From Ascoidea asiatica JCM 7603 (lineage: Eukaryota; Fungi; Ascomycota): a stretch of DNA of 64,000 nt. Position 1 is the first letter of the stretch. Every line of letters starts with the position of its first letter. Below, one piece after another: positions 11,729 to 22,010 of the stretch. The DNA is taken from the NCBI GenBank assembly GCA_001600695.1, contig BCKQ01000002.1:127523-191522 (forward strand), written 5' to 3'. The translations under genes were made by a program, and so were the position numbers. The notes beneath the pieces were generated by a model, which saw only the letters and a program-made list of their open reading frames with translations, made no database searches and was not told the DNA's origin.

Positions 11729-13582
11729 TTAAACAGGTTTAGATTTTGGTCCCCAGTTTTTAGTTGGATTTTGTTGAAATCTAACAATTTTTACTTTTCT
11801 CAAATGACTTATTTTTTCACTAACTTCATTTTTTTTCCATTCAACTTTTAATTCTTTTTCCTTTTCATTATTATTTAATTCTTTAATTTTTAAAAAATTA
11901 TTTTCATTCATGATTTTATATGGAATTGAATTGAATTCAAATTTATTTAAATTGAAATTTGGATTATTCAATTTAACATAATTTTTAAAAATTTCTAAAA
12001 TTATACCCCAAGGTGCATTTGTTTTAATAGCTGAAGCTTGGGCATGGGTTAAAGAAACTTCATATCCAAAATTTCCAATTGCAGCTGCAATATCATTTAA
12101 TGGAGGTAATGGACATTTTAATAATTTTGAAATACTGGATGGATTAAAATAGAATTTACTTTCAATTTCATTTAACGCAACTGTTAACATACCTTTAATT
12201 CTTTTCTTTGTCCCATAAATTTCTTCATTAAAAGTTTCTCTTTCATTAATTTCTAAGATTTTTTTAATAAAATCTTTATTATGTAACTTTCCACCCCACA
12301 TTGGTCCTGATATATTGAAATAACTACCGCAATATTCACAACTACTACCAATTGTTGGACCTTTTGAAACTCCATATTTATTTTCTTTATTTTCCCTTTT
12401 TATGATTTTTCCGATCTTTTGTTCTTCAATTCTACCACATCCATTACAATAATAACAAATTACAATCTTTGAAGATAATTCTTTAACTAAAATTGGTGAG
12501 CTTTTAACTTTAATAAATAATCTTACGTAAAAATCAATAGATAATGATAGTAATGGTTCAATACTTTTACCATATTTACCTGCTGTTTGACCAATCATAC
12601 TTATAACTAATCTTAATGCTGATTCATGTGTTGAATCTCCTCTGATATTTATACCTCCATATAATGAAAAACATTTTTCAGGATAACTATTACCTGCTAA
12701 AACTGCTAAATCTGTACATGTTACTAATAACATACCATCATCTTTGATATTTTGAATTGCAGAATCTATAAATGGTGTAACTGTTCCATATGGATCTAAA
12801 TCAATTATATTGAAATTCATTTTTTTACTTGTATACATATATTCATTTGCATCCCCTAGATTACTTTCAACTTTTTTATCTTTAATATTAATATTATTAT
12901 ATAAAATATTTTTCTTAATTAATTCAACTGCTGTTGGTAAAACATCATTTGCAACTACCATTTCAACATTTTCAATCTCTTTAGCATATCTAATTGCTCT
13001 TAATCCCGTTGCTGATAATGCTTCAAGAATCTTTATTTTAGGTCTACTTTTAACCTCTTTTTCTTCTCTTTCTACTTTTCCTTCATTTAATTTCTGTTTT
13101 TTATCTACATTTTCACTTTTTTTGCATATTTCTTCTACATTCTCACTGCTTTCTTTATTATCTTCTTTATTAAGTTCTTTAAATTTTCTTTTATTTACAT
13201 TATTTACATTATTTTCAATTATTTGAATTTTTATATCTTCGTTCTTATCATTATTATTATTCTTTTTATTTTTATTTTTATTTTTATACCTATTCTTATA
13301 ACTATTTTTTTTCTCATATGAATTATATAATTCATCCCATGCAATTATTGATGCAACACTTAAATCTCTGTTAAATTGTTGAACTGGATTATAAAATACT
13401 CCATTTTTTTTTGGTAATAAAATATTTGCTTTACCTTCTTTGATAATATTATAATCTTCTAAATTAATTGATGAATTCTCTTTTTCTATTTCTTTTTCTA
13501 TTTCTTTCATTTTCATTATTCTTTTTATTGAATTCAGTTTTAATACTTTCAAAGTTTTATTTGAAAAAAATGATATTTTCAT
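11729..13582 (-). CDS. TRM1: tRNA (guanine-26 N2,N2)-dimethyltransferase
   Basis: VFYNPVQQFNRDLS, ILEALSATGLRAIRY, IDLDPYG, LLSLSIDFYVRLF, C-terminal NPTKNWGPK. Confidence 0.97.
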   Translation of the reverse strand: MKISFFSNKTLKVLKLNSIKRIMKMKEIEKEIEKENSSINLEDYNIIKEGKANILLPKKNGVFYNPVQQFNRDLSVASIIAWDELYNSYEKKNSYKNRYKNKNKNKKNNNNDKNEDIKIQIIENNVNNVNKRKFKELNKEDNKESSENVEEICKKSENVDKKQKLNEGKVEREEKEVKSRPKIKILEALSATGLRAIRYAKEIENVEMVVANDVLPTAVELIKKNILYNNINIKDKKVESNLGDANEYMYTSKKMNFNIIDLDPYGTVTPFIDSAIQNIKDDGMLLVTCTDLAVLAGNSYPEKCFSLYGGINIRGDSTHESALRLVISMIGQTAGKYGKSIEPLLSLSIDFYVRLFIKVKSSPILVKELSSKIVICYYCNGCGRIEEQKIGKIIKRENKENKYGVSKGPTIGSSCEYCGSYFNISGPMWGGKLHNKDFIKKILEINERETFNEEIYGTKKRIKGMLTVALNEIESKFYFNPSSISKLLKCPLPPLNDIAAAIGNFGYEVSLTHAQASAIKTNAPWGIILEIFKNYVKLNNPNFNLNKFEFNSIPYKIMNENNFLKIKELNNNEKEKELKVEWKKNEVSEKISHLRKVKIVRFQQNPTKNWGPKSKPV

Positions 13583-13654
13583 TATAATTAATAAATTTTT
13601 AAAATTAAAATTGATAATTTAAACTAACTGACTATTTATCTGGATTACTTTAAT

Positions 13655-13664
13655 TGAAAAATTT
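13655..13664. promoter_or_regulatory. RRPE-like element upstream of TRM1
   Basis: TGAAAAATTT about 70 bp upstream of the TRM1 ATG, consistent with the ribosome-biogenesis regulon. Confidence 0.4.
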
Positions 13665-13849
13665 GACAAATTCTTTTTCAAAATCTTAATTCTTACTAAC
13701 GTATCCAACAGGTTAAAAAGTTTCTAACGTTACTACTTCCGGTCGCGTACTCTTTTCGAAACCAAAATATTGGATCTCTTACATTAACTAATATACAGTA
13801 TAAATTATTATACAATTAAATAATCATTATTATTATCTTTTTAATCAAT

Positions 13850-15784
13850 TTAAATACTATCACTTTGTCTCCCAATTACTGTTAACCCTTTTCTAATATT
13901 AGCCTTTGAAGTACATTTATTATTACCAAAAACTTCCAAAATTGATAATTTGGGACATGCTTTACCTAAAAGTTCAATAACTTCATCATCAACTGAATTA
14001 ACAAATCCAACATCTAAATATGTTAATAATTTAAATTTAACTCCACCATTGATAATTTTCCAAATATTTTCACTTAATCCATATAATGAATTTAATGATA
14101 ATGAGATTAATGATCTACCTGAATGATGTAAAACTTCAAAAATTCCTTCATCACCTAATCCAATACATTTTTTCAAAGAAATATCTAATAAACCTGGATT
14201 AAGTTCCCAATTATTAAATAAAAATTTTATACTATTATCTGTAATTTGATCAAGATTATTTAATGAAAGATTTTTTAGATTTTTACCAAATGGTCTTATA
14301 CCATTAATTAAAAATTCATCAAGTAAACCTGAACATCCATCAAGATTTAAACTTTTTAAATTATCACCATTTTGTGCCATAATTTCAATTATTAATTCAT
14401 CTGTTATCAATTCTTCTTTTGTAGGATATGATAATTCTAAATGTTCTAATTTAGTACAATATTCTGGTATTAATTGATAAGAAAATTTGGTATCAATTCC
14501 ATCTAATCTACTTAATTTTAATGTTTGAAGATTTTCACCACATGAAACAACTAAAGCTTTTAAAGCATCGTTTCTAAATCTATGACTATTCTTAATTTCA
14601 ATTGATTTTAATCTAATATTCATAGTTTCAAAAAATTTAACCCATGTATTATTACTTATTAAAAATGCTCCATTTAATGATAAGGATTTAAGATATTTTA
14701 AATTTGTTGAATAATAATTCAAAGAGTCATCTTTTAATCTACCAACCATATTTAAAGATAATTTTTCCAAATTATAACAAAATGATCCAATAGAATGTAA
14801 TTTATCATTAGAAATATTAGAACAATCATATAAAATTAATTCTTTCAAAGTATTACTTCTTTCAAAAACAAAAGAAATTGTTTTATCATTAAGTGATCTT
14901 TTTTTTGATAAAAGATTAATAATTTTTGAAAAATTAGTTGATCCAATATCTCCTAATATATCAACATCATCAACATTTTTTGAAATTAATTTTATACATA
15001 TATCTTGTAAAGAAGGTAATCTAAATTCTTGTTTATCAAGTAAAGAAGCTGCAATTTTTTTTCTTTTTTTTCTAGCAGCTATTTGATTTGATTTTTTCTT
15101 AATTTCTAAAGCTTGCTTTTTATGTGAACATTCAGGACATAAATAACCAACTTTTTCATATTTAACATAATCTTCATCTTCTTCAGTAATTTTTTTAGAA
15201 AATAAATTTATAACAAAAGAAGAATAACAAATAATGCAATGATCTTCCTGACCAGGGCCTAATGAAACTATATTCTCATCATCATCATCTTCTTCATCAA
15301 CATAACTTTCATCGTCATTGTCATCATTATTGACATCATTCTCATTATCATTATCATTATCATCATCATCACTGGAATTAGGAATTGTATTTTTACGCTT
15401 TTTTTTCAAATCATTATTGTTTGCTAATCGTCTTTTTTTTCGTCTTGCAGCAATTTTGATCTGTAACATTTCATCTTCTTCTTCTGATTGATTTTTATTC
15501 TCATTTTGATTTTCACTCTGAGTTTCATTTAAATCCAAATTTTCTGTTTGATTTTGATTCTGACTTATAGAATTAGTCGAATCACTTCTTTCTATTTCTT
15601 CTAGATTTGCAGAATCTCCATTTCTATTGATTGGCCTAAATCTAGATGCACCATCAGTTAATCCCGGAACAATTTCAGCATTAACATCTCTTTTCAAAAC
15701 ATCTCTTAAGAATGAAGTTAAAGCTGAATTCGGGCCTGCAACATTAGTTGGCTCCTTATCCTTTTTTCTGAAGGAATATGACAT
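13850..15784 (-). CDS. RAD7: Global-genome NER LRR protein Rad7
   Basis: N-terminal GPNSALTSFL, CxxC...CxxC pair, BC/SOCS-box-like PSLQDICIKLI, multiple LRRs, C-terminal LEVFGNN...IGRQSD. Confidence 0.93.
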   Translation of the reverse strand: MSYSFRKKDKEPTNVAGPNSALTSFLRDVLKRDVNAEIVPGLTDGASRFRPINRNGDSANLEEIERSDSTNSISQNQNQTENLDLNETQSENQNENKNQSEEEDEMLQIKIAARRKKRRLANNNDLKKKRKNTIPNSSDDDDNDNDNENDVNNDDNDDESYVDEEDDDDENIVSLGPGQEDHCIICYSSFVINLFSKKITEEDEDYVKYEKVGYLCPECSHKKQALEIKKKSNQIAARKKRKKIAASLLDKQEFRLPSLQDICIKLISKNVDDVDILGDIGSTNFSKIINLLSKKRSLNDKTISFVFERSNTLKELILYDCSNISNDKLHSIGSFCYNLEKLSLNMVGRLKDDSLNYYSTNLKYLKSLSLNGAFLISNNTWVKFFETMNIRLKSIEIKNSHRFRNDALKALVVSCGENLQTLKLSRLDGIDTKFSYQLIPEYCTKLEHLELSYPTKEELITDELIIEIMAQNGDNLKSLNLDGCSGLLDEFLINGIRPFGKNLKNLSLNNLDQITDNSIKFLFNNWELNPGLLDISLKKCIGLGDEGIFEVLHHSGRSLISLSLNSLYGLSENIWKIINGGVKFKLLTYLDVGFVNSVDDEVIELLGKACPKLSILEVFGNNKCTSKANIRKGLTVIGRQSDSI

Positions 15785-16571
15785 TTTTTCAAGGAAAACT
15801 AGGACTCAAGAAGAAATATTTATGACTATTTTTTATTAATTTACAAAAAAGAATTCGAGGCTTTTACTTGCTTACAATAACAATACTTGAAGAGAGATCA
15901 TTCTTTTGGGAGTATTTAGTAAAATAAGTTATTCAGATTTAAATTTTCAAAAAAGTATTAGATTGATTAATTTCAATCAATATTGAGTTTTGAATTTTCA
16001 ATGGAAATTTGTCTGATTAATAATTCAAAATTAACAGTGAAAGTAATATTTTTAACTAATAACTTAACGCTACTTACTGTCAGAAATATAATTAGTAATG
16101 GTGATAATATTCTCTACGGTCCAAACTCTTGGGTAAGATTTGGCTTTTGAAAAGCATAGAACACAAAGCAAACCATACTTCCAGCTGCTGAAGGCTCTAG
16201 GTTTGCGAGTGAAAAGAAACAAATAACCCTCGAAAATCAATAACTCAAAATACCAGGTGACATTACCGGAAATAAACAATCAAAATGGGTAATTATACTT
16301 TATGTCAGCAATTGATTATTATTACCTAAGCATTCAAGGAGAACTCTTATTACGGTACTCTACAATTTGCTTTCAAAATATGAATCCCGCAAAAGAGTTT
16401 TGCTTGACTGAGGGAGCTTGGAGGGCAAATTTTAAAAATCAGATTTTACTGAATTTAAAGTATTTTAAAATCAAAAGCAAAACCAGAAATCAAAAATCAA
16501 AAATCAAAAATTGCCTTTTAAAATCATTAGTTCTCTTTTATCATACTAAGACTCTATATTTTTCAAACGCA

Positions 16572-18004
16572 ATGAAGATTATATTAAAAGATTTCAAGAA
16601 GGAAAGGATTCCAATTGAAATTGAATCTTCCGAAAAGGTATGAAGTCCCCTTTTGCTACTTTTTTTTTTCAATTATTATAATCAATATAATTTAATACTA
16701 TTTGATACTAAAAATAATGGACTTAATAATAGAATGTAACTAACCTTATTATATTTTTTTTTCTCTGATAGATATTATCCATAAAAGAGAAGTTTGCAGC
16801 TATAAAGAATATTTCCATTTCTCAAATCAAATTTATTTACTCAGGTATGTAGTCTTTAAGTTTCCTTCAATTTTTCAATTATATGCTTTCAATTAACTAA
16901 CTAATTTTTCAATTAATTTTTATAGGAAAGGTTTTGCAAGATGAGAAAACTGCTGAGTTCTATAAATTGAAAGAAGACGGACAAATCATTTACATGATTT
17001 CAAAAGCCAAGAAGGCTAAAGAGACCTCTAGTTCTTCAAAATCCACTGAAAAAGCTGCTCCATCTACATCTACATCTAATACAGTTCCTATTCAATCAGT
17101 TTCAAATTCTTCAGTCATTCCCCCAATTTCTTTTACACCTACTGCTCCTACTTCTAATGTTACTCAGCCGGGTTCTACTACAAATCCTGCTCCAGTGTCT
17201 GGATCACAAAATATTTCTTCTTCATTTGTTCGAGGTGAGCAATTAGAAGCAAATATTTCAAATATTATGGAAATGGGCTATGAAAGAGCTCAAGTGCAAG
17301 AGGCTTTAAGATGTGCTTTTAATAATCCTGAAAGAGCAGTGGAATATTTGTTGAATGGAATTCCAGAGTCTGTTAGACAAGCAAATGCTCAACAAGAACC
17401 TCCTTCCAGTATTGCACAACCATCAAATTCAACCAATTTAAATGCTTCTACTCCTGTTACTCTTGCATCCAATAACGAAACATCTAATGAAGCTACAAAT
17501 CCAGGTAACAATTCAATCAATCAGAATTTGTTTGATGTTGCTGCAAGAGCTGCGGCTCCAGCTGAATCTGGTGAACCCGCTGATGAAGCTCCCGCAAATC
17601 CTGCTCTTGCTTCTCAATTAGCTTATATTAGACAAATGCTTGAAACACAACCTGAGCTACTTGAACCATATCTTCAACAAATTGCCCAAGATCATCCAGA
17701 ATTAGCTGAAATGATTCAAGAAAATCCTCAACATATTTTAGAGATAATGTTACAGAGCCTTTCCACTGAAGAATTATCAAACTTTTCTGGTTTTGAACAG
17801 GGTGAATCCCCTGAAGATGAACCAGGTGATACTCCAATGGACGAAAATAATCCTGGTGAATTTAGAGTCTATTTGACAGCTGAAGATGAACAAGCAGTTA
17901 ATAGGTTGTGTGAATTAGGGTTTGATCGTTTAATGGTAATTCAAGCTTATTATGCTTGTGATAAAAATGAAGAATTGACTGCTAATTTTTTATTTGATTC
18001 ATGA
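16572..18004 (+). CDS. RAD23: UBL-UBA protein Rad23; exons 16572-16637, 16772-16844, 16926-18004
   Basis: Splicing restores the UBL domain: MKIILKDFKKERIPIEIESSEK|ILSIKEK...IKFIYS-G|KVLQDEKT. Intron 1 is GTATGA..AACTAAC..TAG (16638-16771). Intron 2 is GTATGT..AACTAAC..TAG (16845-16925). UBA1 (MEMGYER..FNNPERAVEYLL), XPC-binding domain, UBA2 (ACDKNEELTANFLF). Confidence 0.95.
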
Positions 18005-18273
18005 TTATTTTATTGAATTTTATATCGTAAAATCTCTTTGAAGCTACAGTTCACTTTTTTTTTAATAGTTTGAAAAATTGAATGTAAGATAAATATATAT
18101 ATATTTCTAAAAATCTTGAATTGAAGAATTTTTATTCCTTTTTATTCCAAAATATCCTATAGAGTAACTCAATATTACAATGCTAGGTAATCATTATCTG
18201 GAACTTTTTTGCTTTTATTGTGTTTCTTACATTTTAAAATTGCTCAAAATTATGTAGATATTATCCAATTTTT

Positions 18274-18345
18274 CTATTATTCTATTATTCTATTATTCTA
18301 TTATTCTATTATCTATTATTCTATTATCTATTATTCTATTATCTA
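18274..18345. repeat. Tandem (CTATTATT)n / (CTATTAT)n repeat
   Basis: About nine 7-8 nt units between the convergent 3' ends of RAD23 and the decarboxylase gene. Confidence 0.8.
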
Positions 18346-18413
18346 TAAATTGAATCTAAATCTAAAATAAAAAATGAATAACTATTAATTTATAACAATT
18401 AAAATTAAGCCAT

Positions 18414-19985
18414 TTAACCTGATGTAAAAGAAGAATATTCATCTCCAACGTGTTCAAAATCTAATATTAATTGGTCAATGAATTCTGTTGTTAATCTAGG
18501 GTTGATGAAAACTATTCGGAAAAATTCTCCTTCGTTTTTTAAATCTTCAACAGGTGGGGCAAAATCAATTAGATATTTTCCCAATTGATGAAATCTGTGA
18601 ACAATCCAACGTGTTTCTTCTGTATGATTAGTTTCTTCAAAGACTTTCGAAGGTGAAAAATAGAAGCAAACTTGTAAACATGGAGGCATTTCAATCCCCG
18701 AACCCAGATCTTTAAAACAATTGATTACTTTAAACTTTTCATTCTTTGATATTTTAATAAAAAAATAATTTGCAATTGTGTAAGAACTGTCCAATCTTTG
18801 CTCAAATCCACCTCTACCATAATAGTTCCAAGAAAGATAGAATTTTAAAGAATCTGCTCGTCTTCCACACCCCATTGTTCCTTCAGCTAAGTTGAAAGAT
18901 TCTTCAAAATCAGAGTTATTTTCTTCAAGTGTTTCATTGTGAAATAAATATGGAGCATCCAAAGAATTAGCTTGAAAAAACAAACTATAATTTTTTAATA
19001 AAAGAAAAGAGCAAGTAGTTGGAACACCCAATTGTTTATGAGGAGAAGCAGTGATTGAATTAGCTAAATATGAGCCTTTTAATCTATGTCTTAATTTTTT
19101 AGAAAAAATAAAATTAGCACCCCAAGATCCATCAATATGATACCATAATTTATATTTTAAACAAACTTTACTGATTTCTTCAAATGGATCAAAAGATCCA
19201 TATACTGTTGTTCCTGCAGTTGCATTAACATAAAAGGGAGTAAATCCATTTTCTAATGATTCCAAAATAGCTTTTTCGAGCGATGAAACTAACATTTCAC
19301 CATTTGAATTAACATCGACCTTAAATACAGAATTAACTCCCAAGCCTAAAAGCATTGCCGCTTTTTCAACACTATAATGAGAGTGCTTTGACGTAAAAAC
19401 TGCAAATTTCTTATAATTACCTTTTATTTTTGTTTCAGGAAATAAGATACTTCTTGCAATTTGCATACCTGAGATATTCGACCAAGCACCACCGGAAAAT
19501 GTTAAACCTCCACAATTTCTTGTGTTTTCATTCCCTTCATTATAATCGTAGAATAATTTCGCATATTGATGACCGATTTGTTTTTCAACAATAGTTAAAA
19601 AAGGAGAAACAGTAAAAACATGGGAATTTGTGTTTAAAATTGATAGAATGAGATCTGAAATAACACCAATTGGATTGTTTGAACTGTATAATTTATCTAA
19701 AAATCCAAGACTCCAGGTATTTACACTATTTTCTAATATATTATCTACACAAGAAGAAAATTTCTTCAAATCTAAAGTATCTTTTTCATTTAGATAAGAA
19801 TACCCAAAACCTTCCTCTGGGAATTGAATTTTTTTATTTAGAATCAATTTTTCTTCGAATAGAGAAGGATTAGGAACTCTTCTACCAACACTATCTGAAT
19901 TTTTAACAAAGTTTACAATTTTTCCATGTGTTTCATTGAGTAAAACATCTAAAATTTGATAGTTTTTACTATCAATATTTGGCAT
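18414..19985 (-). CDS. Group II PLP-dependent decarboxylase (animal-type GAD/CSAD-like)
   Basis: HSHYSVEKAA, PFYVNATAGTTVYGSFDP, WYHIDGSWG, PLP-lysine motif SPHK, CGRRADSLKFYLSW. Confidence 0.9.
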   Translation of the reverse strand: MPNIDSKNYQILDVLLNETHGKIVNFVKNSDSVGRRVPNPSLFEEKLILNKKIQFPEEGFGYSYLNEKDTLDLKKFSSCVDNILENSVNTWSLGFLDKLYSSNNPIGVISDLILSILNTNSHVFTVSPFLTIVEKQIGHQYAKLFYDYNEGNENTRNCGGLTFSGGAWSNISGMQIARSILFPETKIKGNYKKFAVFTSKHSHYSVEKAAMLLGLGVNSVFKVDVNSNGEMLVSSLEKAILESLENGFTPFYVNATAGTTVYGSFDPFEEISKVCLKYKLWYHIDGSWGANFIFSKKLRHRLKGSYLANSITASPHKQLGVPTTCSFLLLKNYSLFFQANSLDAPYLFHNETLEENNSDFEESFNLAEGTMGCGRRADSLKFYLSWNYYGRGGFEQRLDSSYTIANYFFIKISKNEKFKVINCFKDLGSGIEMPPCLQVCFYFSPSKVFEETNHTEETRWIVHRFHQLGKYLIDFAPPVEDLKNEGEFFRIVFINPRLTTEFIDQLILDFEHVGDEYSSFTSG

Positions 19986-20538
19986 GTTAAATATTTAAAG
20001 AGGTTTGGTTAAAAATTAATTGAATAGAATATATAAGAAACACAAAAAAAAAAGTGTAAAATAAATCTTGGACTATTTAAATTTCTTAAAAAAAAAATTT
20101 TCAAATTATGAAAACCATCCTTTTCTTCAATGAATTGATTAGAAATTATCAAAATTTTTGAAAGCCTTAATTAATCATTTATGTTTGTAGACCCATTACT
20201 CGTATCCAAAGTTGGGCTCGCTTATTTTGAAAAATTGCGTAACCTTAAGTTAAATAAAGTTGAACAACGGATAATAAATACCGTAATACTCTAAAGCACA
20301 AATAACGAGAGAACGGCATCCGCAAATTTGGCTTTTGGGTTGATAAAAATTGGGATTTATGAATTATGAATAAAAATTGCAAAGTGGAATAGTTTTATTT
20401 ATTTTTTAACATTTTTTATTTGTGAATTAATAGGTTAACTAATTCATTTGTTATGAGTAAGATTACATTGAAAAGAATATTCTTTTAAAAAAAAATAATT
20501 GAAAAAAACTAACTAGTGATGCCTTTTGATTTGTGAGT

Positions 20539-21312
20539 TTAATCATTGGGAGAGTCCCATTCCTCATTTTTAGGTAGTATCATTTCATCATTAGCATAGT
20601 TCATTTTGGGGTAAGAACTTTTATTTTTAAAATATTGATTTTGATAAAGACCTTGGGATTTAGAGTTTAATTTTTGAAAATTCGAATTACTTTGTTGAAA
20701 ATCAAAATCATCATGTAAATTAGAAACATCATCCAGAAATGCTTCACTGTCTTGATTCTTAGAACTTAATTTGGATTTGGATTTAGACTTTGATTTTGAC
20801 TTTGATTTTGAGATTGATTTTGAGCTTGATTTTGAGCTTGATTTTGATGATGCAAATATTATGGCATCATCAACAAAAGCATTATTTTGAGATTTTGAAT
20901 TAATCTTTGAATTATATTCCAAATTTGAATGTTTAGATTTTTTGGCCTTTATTCTTTGATTATTGTCCCTATTTGTTGTGTAATTATCAGTACTGTCATT
21001 TTTATCTTTACCAATATTATCCCAAGTAGAATTATCATTGAAGGTATTATTGTTACTTTCGTCAAGGTTAGTTCTGGTTGAAGAAGAACTAAGTTTTGGT
21101 TCAGAATTGACAGAAGGAGGAAGACTTAGGACAGATAAATCATTTATCAGAGAGCCATTAATTGAAAAGGTATCTTTTTTGTCTATTGATGCTTGGGTTA
21201 CAAACTCGACAGATTTTAAAGTGAGAGTTCTATCAGCGACATTTGAAACAAGACCTCTTATTCTTGTATTGTTATGAAGTAACAACTCGACTCTATAATT
21301 AACAAATTCCAT
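20539..21312 (-). CDS. EDC3: Edc3-like decapping enhancer (LSm + FDF; no YjeF_N domain)
   Basis: LSm-like N-terminus MEFVNYRVELLLHNNTRIRGLVSNV, FVDDAII, FDF motif DDFDFQQSNSNFQK, NYANDEMIL. An in-frame upstream ATG exists at 21390. Confidence 0.7.
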   Translation of the reverse strand: MEFVNYRVELLLHNNTRIRGLVSNVADRTLTLKSVEFVTQASIDKKDTFSINGSLINDLSVLSLPPSVNSEPKLSSSSTRTNLDESNNNTFNDNSTWDNIGKDKNDSTDNYTTNRDNNQRIKAKKSKHSNLEYNSKINSKSQNNAFVDDAIIFASSKSSSKSSSKSISKSKSKSKSKSKSKLSSKNQDSEAFLDDVSNLHDDFDFQQSNSNFQKLNSKSQGLYQNQYFKNKSSYPKMNYANDEMILPKNEEWDSPND

Positions 21313-22010
21313 TTCAAGCAAAAAATTATTGACGCCAGATTCTTTGATATTCAAAGGAAATATTTTTCTCGTTAGTACTAGAGTTTCCATTAGGAGTCTT
21401 TTTTTAAGCTGAAATAACGCTTATTTACCTATTGAAATAAATTGCTCGAGAATCTTTCTTCCATTTATTGTTTGGTGTCTCATCGCATCTCCATAATCTA
21501 GGGGCCGTCTAGTAACAATTGAGGGTCAGGGAGATGCAACACCAATATTCTGGTACTCCTTGTAATTATGTAAAGTGTACCTCACTTCAATGGAACACGC
21601 TGCACCCATTAATTCACTAATGTCTCAAAACATGCCAATATTTGGCCTACTGCCCGGCTGGGCTTTGTTGTGAGGTCATAAGCCACGGATGTAACGGAGA
21701 GAGAGTCTTGCTCCTAACACTATCAAAAAGATAAATCCTGTAATCCCTTTAAATTAGCATTTGTATTGAACTTCACTTTAGATTCTTGCGCTTTCTGCTG
21801 TTAAAGAAACCATAATTAAATTATTAGGAAAAAGTTTTAAATTTTAACTACTCAATTCAGGTAATTTTTTTACTAATAATTTTCATTCAAATTCTTTTGA
21901 TAAAATTTTTCAGTCGATCGTGATTTGTATTTATCTGTATTTATCGGCTTATAGAATCCAACAAATTGATAATTCAATAATTTTAAGATCAATATAATCT
22001 AATTTTAATA

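Noticed and set aside
16302-16643. 113-aa ORF overlapping RAD23 exon 1
   Set aside because: Only the last 22 codons before the donor site match the UBL domain. The remainder is promoter or leader sequence.
18274-18345. Tandem repeat as a CRISPR array or internal telomere
   Set aside because: No spacers, eukaryotic context and no G-rich strand; a simple microsatellite.
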